From the NCBI GenBank assembly GCA_046538485.1, contig JBKHIT010000041.1:1-43183 (forward strand): 43,183 nucleotides of DNA. The letters are read 5' to 3'. The notes under the pieces are model-generated. The model did no database searches. It was not told the DNA's origin and was given only the letters and a program-made list of their open reading frames with translations. The first letter of the stretch is position 1, and each line of letters starts with the position of its first letter. This document shows, piece after piece, positions 37,885-43,183 of this stretch. The translations under genes were made by a program, and so were the position numbers. The DNA is from Candidatus Brocadiia bacterium (GTDB taxonomy: Bacteria > Planctomycetota > Brocadiia > SM23-32).

Positions 37885-38841
37885 TCAGGTGGCAAATTGG
37901 AACACAATTCGGCTTGCCAGGCAGGACAGCAGGAAAAGTCCCGTGCTCGTCAGGGCCAGACGAATCGCGCGCTGAATGTCGGCCGTTTCCAGCTCTCGGT
38001 TACGATCGCCGATGGTCGGTTTTTCGCTTGGTTTGCCGAAATAATAGTTCAGTCCGCCCAGTTGCACGCCCAAAGCTCCCGCCATGGCTGCTTCTGCATA
38101 CCCGGCGTTCGGGCTGGTGTGCTTCTGCGCATCACGCCAGAAGATGCGGAAAGCATTGAGGGTCTTCAACCTCAGGGGTAGCGTTGCCAGACACATCACC
38201 GGGGCGGTCAGACGCGCCGGAACGAAATTAACGAGATCATCCAGTTTCGCAGCGGCCCAGCCGAACCGTTCGTATCGTTCGTTATGATACCCGAAAGTAG
38301 AATCGAGTGTGTTGATAACCCGATACGCGACGGCTCCCAGGGGGCCGGCGATCGCGGCGTAAAAAAGCGGCGCGGTGATGCCATCGACGATGCTCTCCGC
38401 CGTACTTTCCACGGCGGCGCGGGTGATGCCGCTTTCGTCAAGATGGCCGGTGTCGCGCCCGACGATACGCCCCACGCGTTCTCGCGCCAGTTGGAGATCC
38501 CCTGTGCTCAGCGCGCGAAAGACCTCCTGCACATGGTCGTAGAGATCCCGCGGAGCGATTGACCAGTAAACAAATAGTGCTCCGAACACGAATCCGAGGA
38601 AAGGATGCAGGCTCGCGAAAAGCCAGAGTAACAGCGCAGCAAAAGCCGTTGTGAGAGCCGTCAACAGAATTACCAGAACAGTTCCGGCGATACGCTCACC
38701 GGGTATCACGCGCCGGAGGGGAACTTCGAGCCGGTTGGCCGCCCATCCTACGAGACGAACGGGATGGGGAACCCACCGTGGGTCACCCAGTAGCAGATCG
38801 ATTGCCATCGCGGCAAGGATTTGTAATTCAGCGTGCGTCAT
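37885..38841 (-). CDS. cbiB: Adenosylcobinamide-phosphate synthase CbiB/CobD
   Basis: DLLLGDP..PHPV, IVGRDT, AVES.AE, NTLDS, AAKLDD..NFVPARL, SPNAG. Confidence 0.95.
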   Translation of the reverse strand: MTHAELQILAAMAIDLLLGDPRWVPHPVRLVGWAANRLEVPLRRVIPGERIAGTVLVILLTALTTAFAALLLWLFASLHPFLGFVFGALFVYWSIAPRDLYDHVQEVFRALSTGDLQLARERVGRIVGRDTGHLDESGITRAAVESTAESIVDGITAPLFYAAIAGPLGAVAYRVINTLDSTFGYHNERYERFGWAAAKLDDLVNFVPARLTAPVMCLATLPLRLKTLNAFRIFWRDAQKHTSPNAGYAEAAMAGALGVQLGGLNYYFGKPSEKPTIGDRNRELETADIQRAIRLALTSTGLFLLSCLASRIVFQFAT

Positions 38842-38904
38842 GTTGTTTTATCAGCCATCAGTAAACAGGGGCATCTGTTCTTCTGCCACAGTCTCCAAAC
38901 GACC

Positions 38905-38942
38905 AGATTGTTTCGCCCATCTTACGATGGACTCGCAATGAC
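38905..38942. repeat. Partial copy of the REP-like element at 21896-22000
   Basis: AGATTGTTTCGCCCATCTTACGATGGACTCGCAATGAC vs AGATTGCTTCGCCCACCTGACGATGGGCTGGCAATGAT. Confidence 0.7.
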
Positions 38943-39029
38943 CTGCTATTGCAAGCGCCGTTTTGGTCAGCACCCGGCCGACTACCGGAAGTTTGCCGGG
39001 GGAGCGTATATTTCTGGTGAACGTTACTT

Positions 39030-39791
39030 TCACAGACATTGCCACCCAATTTGATAAATAACGACTCCGCCCAGCAGCACTAGCATCTCTGCGATCTCGC
39101 AGGCTGCACCGAGCGTATCGCCCGTCGCGCCTCCGATTTTGCCTCGGCAGTAGAGGGCGAAGATGAGAATAGCCGCCACTGTTACCTCGCAGATGACGAT
39201 ACCGCCCCATCCGAACGCTCCCCATCCTATCCCGCCGAGGACAAAAAGCGCGACAAAAACAGCGAGACCGGGGTGGTTTCGATAAAAAACAGTTCCCAGT
39301 CCACCTCCTGGGCGGGCATAGGGCAGGATAGCGATCATTATGACAAGAGCTGTGCGTCCGGCAACGGGGACCAGAAACAGAATCCGCCAGCGGACAGAAA
39401 CGTCTGGGAGCGACGTCAGACAGGAGATTTTCAACGCCAGAATCCCGACAATCGCCAGAACACCCATCGAGCCGACCCGGCTGTCGCGCATTATTTCCAG
39501 GATTCGTTCTCGCGGACGCGAGCTGAAGAACCCGTCCGCCGTATCGCTCAGTCCATCGAGATGGAGGGCCCCTGAGGCGGCCGCCAGAAAAAGCGTCAGG
39601 ACAACAGCTGCGGGAAACGGACCGAGCAGGAACGATAGTCCGTAAGAAACGCCCGCGGCCGCCGCGCCGATGAGCAGTCCCACTGCCGGGAAAAATGGCA
39701 CGGAATCGGCCAGTTTTTGGCCCTCTCCCGTCCAGCTGCCCGGCACGGGGACAACAGTCAGAAATCTGATAGCGGCGAGCAACGCTTTCAT
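39030..39791 (-). CDS. cobS: Adenosylcobinamide-GDP ribazoletransferase (cobalamin synthase)
   Basis: AIRFLT..P, GALHLDGLSDTADG, IMRDSRVGSMG, GGATGDTLGA..E. Confidence 0.95.
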   Translation of the reverse strand: MKALLAAIRFLTVVPVPGSWTGEGQKLADSVPFFPAVGLLIGAAAAGVSYGLSFLLGPFPAAVVLTLFLAAASGALHLDGLSDTADGFFSSRPRERILEIMRDSRVGSMGVLAIVGILALKISCLTSLPDVSVRWRILFLVPVAGRTALVIMIAILPYARPGGGLGTVFYRNHPGLAVFVALFVLGGIGWGAFGWGGIVICEVTVAAILIFALYCRGKIGGATGDTLGAACEIAEMLVLLGGVVIYQIGWQCL

Positions 39792-40114
39792 TCAGGTATC
39801 TCCGAAGGGTGAATCTGCCGGTGAGTTAGAATACCGCCACAGGGTTCTTGGCGCAATCTGAACGGAGGCTCCTTCCCGAAACCGCCCGGCTGGCTTGATC
39901 TCTCTCTGGCAGGGCAAAAGCTCCCGATTTCAGGTCCTTTACGTCCCTTCAGTCCCTCATGTCCCTCTGCCTCCGGCACCTCCGCCGCCTCGGAAGTGGG
40001 AAAGTTCAGCGATTTCCCCTAAAATGCGCACCGGCGACAAGTCTGCTTTGCAGGTCGCTGATGAACTGAAAAAACTATGCTTTTCCGAACACTGAACGAT
40101 CCAGGGAGAAAACC

Positions 40115-42967
40115 GTGACTGATATTCGCATTTCGCAGAGACAATCGACTGTGGTATGGAGTGGTGATGTTGTTGTCGTCGGAGGCGGCCTGGAGGGTCT
40201 GCTGGCGGCCCTCGATTGCGCCGGAGAAGATTATTCGGTCTGCCTGCTGGAGGAGGGGCCCGTCCTGGGCCGAGATATCAGTTCTGAATGGCAGGAGTCT
40301 ATTCCCCATAAGAGGCTTGCCGAACAGGTCGACCAACTCTGCGAAGACCGTGGTGTTCCGGGCGACGGACCGCTCGATACCTTTACCTCCACCCTGGCAT
40401 TTGATCGGATCGTCAAGAATGCCGGCATCGAGGCGATCGTCCGTGTCGTTCCCACGCGCATCGTTCGAGACGAGGACGGACGGCTAAACGGAGTGGAGGT
40501 CGTGGGAAAAAGCGGTCGGCAGGTTGCGCGGGCCGAGACTGTCATCGACGCAACACCGGGACGCGCCTTTTCCCGGCGTGCCGGGGGCGGATCGATTCCA
40601 AAATTGCAACGTGCGGAAAGACGGATCTATGTCCAGGGCGTTTCTGCCGGCGATATCCCCGATGAGATTTCGGTGCCGGAAGAATTCGGGACATTTAAAA
40701 ACCGCGTGCGGGTTTTGCCGGCCGCATGGCCGCAGGAAGTCATCCTCGCGTTTGAACTCGAGTACGATCCTCCCGTTGACGAGATGATCGCGCAACAGGA
40801 GACACACGATCTCGGGCTGAAGGTGATCAAGCACCTGCGCGGGGAAGTGCCGGAATTCGCGGAGGCGACTCTGGTGGATGTTGCGCCGGAAGTCATCGCT
40901 GATTATGCAGGCAAGTCGCTTCCAACGAAACAGTTCGAAGGAACCGGTCTGATTGTGCTGGCGGACGAAGGGGATCTGGAAGAGCGTCTTGACGCTGCCG
41001 ACGGAATATCTAAAAACTTGCCGGCGGAATCCGACCGGAGAGCGTTCCCTGATGTTGAAATTAAGGGGGATGTTCAGGAAGTTGATACCAGCGAACTGAA
41101 CGCCTCGCCGGAATGGGATCTGAGTGATGTGACATTGCCTGAAACCCCCGCTCAGCTCCATGAACCGGTTGATGTGGTGGTTGTCGGCTGGGGAACAGGG
41201 GGGGCTCTGGCAGCTCTCACAGCCGCTGAAGAAGGCGTGTCCGTGACTGTGGTCGACCCGTGCCCTCTGCCGGGTGGCATCGCGACGGCCGGGCTGATTC
41301 ACTCTTATTATCACGGCAAGAAAGGCGGGCGGCAGGATCAACTCGATGAACTCGTGCAGGGACGCGGGGCCTCTCTTGCGAAAGATATGCACGGTTTCCA
41401 CCCCGTCGCCAAAGCGTCCGTCATCCGGCAGGAAATAACCGGCGCCGATGTGAACGTCTTCCCGGGTCACATGGCTTTCGGTGTCATCAAAGACGGCGAA
41501 AAGGTTCAGGGAGTGGTTACGGCGGGACCCGAAGGCTACCACGCCTTTCCCTGCCAGGTGGTCATCGACGGAACCGGAGACGGCGATGTGGCCGCGGCGG
41601 CCGCGGCCGAATGCCGACTGGGCCGTGTGGGTGACGGATTTCCTCAGCCCTACAGCTACACTCCGAGCCTGGTTGCCGACGGCACTCTGAGTAGCCATAA
41701 TTTCGATGCCGGATGGGTGGATCCGACCGATACTCTTGATTACTCGCGGGCCCACTTTCAGGGTCGCGAACAGCTCTGGAAACGTGGCCCGTTTACGCCT
41801 GAAGAACATTACTGCACACTCGCTCCTTTGCTCGGGCTCAGGGAAAGCCGGTTTGTGAAAGGTCCGATTACGCTGACGTTCCAGGATTTTCTGGATGGAC
41901 GCCGTTACCCCGATACGGTCTGCGATGCCTACGCGCACTATGATAACCACGCGCAGGATTACGCCGAGGAAAGCGCGTGGGCGCGGCGGCACGTGTTGAT
42001 GTGCGGGCAGTGGCGGTATATGTGCGAAGGGGAAGTTCCGTACCGGACGCTGTATCCGGAGGGCGTGGAAGGGTTGCTGGTGGCCTGCCGGGCGCTGTCA
42101 GTTGATCACGATATGCACCAGTTGTTGCGCATGCAGCGGGACCTTCAGCGGATCGGTGAGATCTGCGGATTGGCGGCGGCTCAATCGGTTTCCAGCGGGG
42201 TCTTGCCTTCCCAGATTGACGTGGAGACGCTACGCACCGAGCTCGGGCGACGGGGCATCCTGCCGGATGAACCGGCGCAGGGATTTGCACCTTCCTCGGT
42301 GAAGGAGCAACTCGATCTTCTGGGCTCGGATGAGAATGGTTTGGCGATGATGCGCCTGAGCGAAATGTATCCCGAAGATCCTGCCTGGACCAAATATTTT
42401 GAGTCGGTGGACCATGCAGAGAAACGGTTTTGCGCTGCAGTTGCGGGCGCTCTGGCCGGGCGAGATCAAGATGACGTGCGTGAGGCGCTCGAAAAGATGG
42501 TGGAAAGCCGGGCTGTGGAACCGCAACTGGGCCGCCGGACGCCACCGGCCTTCGTCGTGGCGCTTCTGGCACTGACGGAACTGGGTGTGGACGGGATTGC
42601 CGGACGGGTCGATGGGATACTTTGCGAGGAAGAGGTGAACGTTCCGACCATTTTGCTGCTTCTCCGGGCCCTGGCCGATGCGGGGGACGCTGAAGGCGTG
42701 CCGGTTATCCGTAAATTCCTGGAACGGACTGAGGACGACACATTCCAGCATTCGATGTCCGGTTGTCCCGGTGATCTGACCAGATCGTATCGTTTTGCCG
42801 TGGTGCTTCGCGCGGTTCGTTCGCTGAAAATTCTGGGATGTGACGAGGAAGACCGGCGTTTGGAACGTTATCTGAAATCGCCTCATCTTCTTATACGCCG
42901 TCACGCCCGTCGGGTGGCCGCGAGTCGCGGTGGACTACCTGGAAGGGGGGGATGCCCATCCCAATGA
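40115..42967 (+). CDS. FAD-dependent oxidoreductase with two tandem FAD_oxidored-like domains
   Basis: DVVVVGGG...IDAT and DVVVVGWGTGG...IDGTGDGDVA, GLRESR, VPYRTL.P; helical C-terminus. Confidence 0.85.
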   Translation: MTDIRISQRQSTVVWSGDVVVVGGGLEGLLAALDCAGEDYSVCLLEEGPVLGRDISSEWQESIPHKRLAEQVDQLCEDRGVPGDGPLDTFTSTLAFDRIVKNAGIEAIVRVVPTRIVRDEDGRLNGVEVVGKSGRQVARAETVIDATPGRAFSRRAGGGSIPKLQRAERRIYVQGVSAGDIPDEISVPEEFGTFKNRVRVLPAAWPQEVILAFELEYDPPVDEMIAQQETHDLGLKVIKHLRGEVPEFAEATLVDVAPEVIADYAGKSLPTKQFEGTGLIVLADEGDLEERLDAADGISKNLPAESDRRAFPDVEIKGDVQEVDTSELNASPEWDLSDVTLPETPAQLHEPVDVVVVGWGTGGALAALTAAEEGVSVTVVDPCPLPGGIATAGLIHSYYHGKKGGRQDQLDELVQGRGASLAKDMHGFHPVAKASVIRQEITGADVNVFPGHMAFGVIKDGEKVQGVVTAGPEGYHAFPCQVVIDGTGDGDVAAAAAAECRLGRVGDGFPQPYSYTPSLVADGTLSSHNFDAGWVDPTDTLDYSRAHFQGREQLWKRGPFTPEEHYCTLAPLLGLRESRFVKGPITLTFQDFLDGRRYPDTVCDAYAHYDNHAQDYAEESAWARRHVLMCGQWRYMCEGEVPYRTLYPEGVEGLLVACRALSVDHDMHQLLRMQRDLQRIGEICGLAAAQSVSSGVLPSQIDVETLRTELGRRGILPDEPAQGFAPSSVKEQLDLLGSDENGLAMMRLSEMYPEDPAWTKYFESVDHAEKRFCAAVAGALAGRDQDDVREALEKMVESRAVEPQLGRRTPPAFVVALLALTELGVDGIAGRVDGILCEEEVNVPTILLLLRALADAGDAEGVPVIRKFLERTEDDTFQHSMSGCPGDLTRSYRFAVVLRAVRSLKILGCDEEDRRLERYLKSPHLLIRRHARRVAASRGGLPGRGGCPSQ

Positions 42968-43130
42968 TCTTTAAAATGGCAGGCACGTCTGCCCAATGAA
43001 TCCCCCACGGGGGGCGTGGGTGTGCCGTTATTCGTTGCCCTTCGTCGTTTGTTCCCCAACGGAATATGCTGCGTGCCGGACAATCGTATCAGCACCGTTT
43101 CGTGCATGAACCCCGCCAGCGCGAGCCAGC

Positions 43131-43160
43131 TATGGAGTGCGGCGATTCTTCGCCGCTTTG
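43131..43160. repeat. REP-like hairpin (TATGGAGTGCGGCGA-ttct-TCGCCGCTTT)
   Basis: GCGGCGA/TCGCCGC stem. Any partner half would lie beyond the window. Confidence 0.5.
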
Positions 43161-43183
43161 CCGTTTTCCGTTGTCGTTGAACC

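Noticed and set aside
39792..40114. Cobalamin riboswitch upstream of cobS
   Set aside because: The conserved B12-box and core motifs were not recognisable.

Overview
A bacterial chromosomal window of moderately high GC. The gene content and the REP-like repeat families suggest a Planctomycetota/PVC organism (inference only). The core genes are trpBA, a STAS protein, glnA, an HPS-RraA fusion with PHI (hxlB) and a DUF2520 oxidoreductase, a PurO-like IMP cyclohydrolase, tRNA-His, mnmG, rlmN, a HAD phosphatase, an AIR-synthase-family protein, cobS-cbiB-cobO and a tandem FAD oxidoreductase. Two accessory blocks stand out. (1) A decayed island of about 6.7 kb (12.2-18.9 kb) lies at the 3' end of tRNA-His. 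It carries an internally deleted tyrosine integrase, a Panacea/PemK-like toxin-antitoxin pair, an uncharacterised two-membrane-protein pair, two diverged copies of a small unknown gene with conserved promoters, a truncated FN3-like gene, and an intact DDE IS with 15-bp inverted repeats and a 7-bp target duplication. (2) A block of about 9.3 kb (27.9-37.2 kb) holds five exported proteins and is flanked on both sides by 5' stubs of broken genes. It includes a large glycoside-hydrolase-like protein followed by a paralog that lacks the putative catalytic segment. The intergenic DNA holds several small mobile or palindromic repeat families, including a 545-bp non-autonomous derivative of the same IS family. 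No CRISPR array, rRNA or reverse transcriptase was seen.
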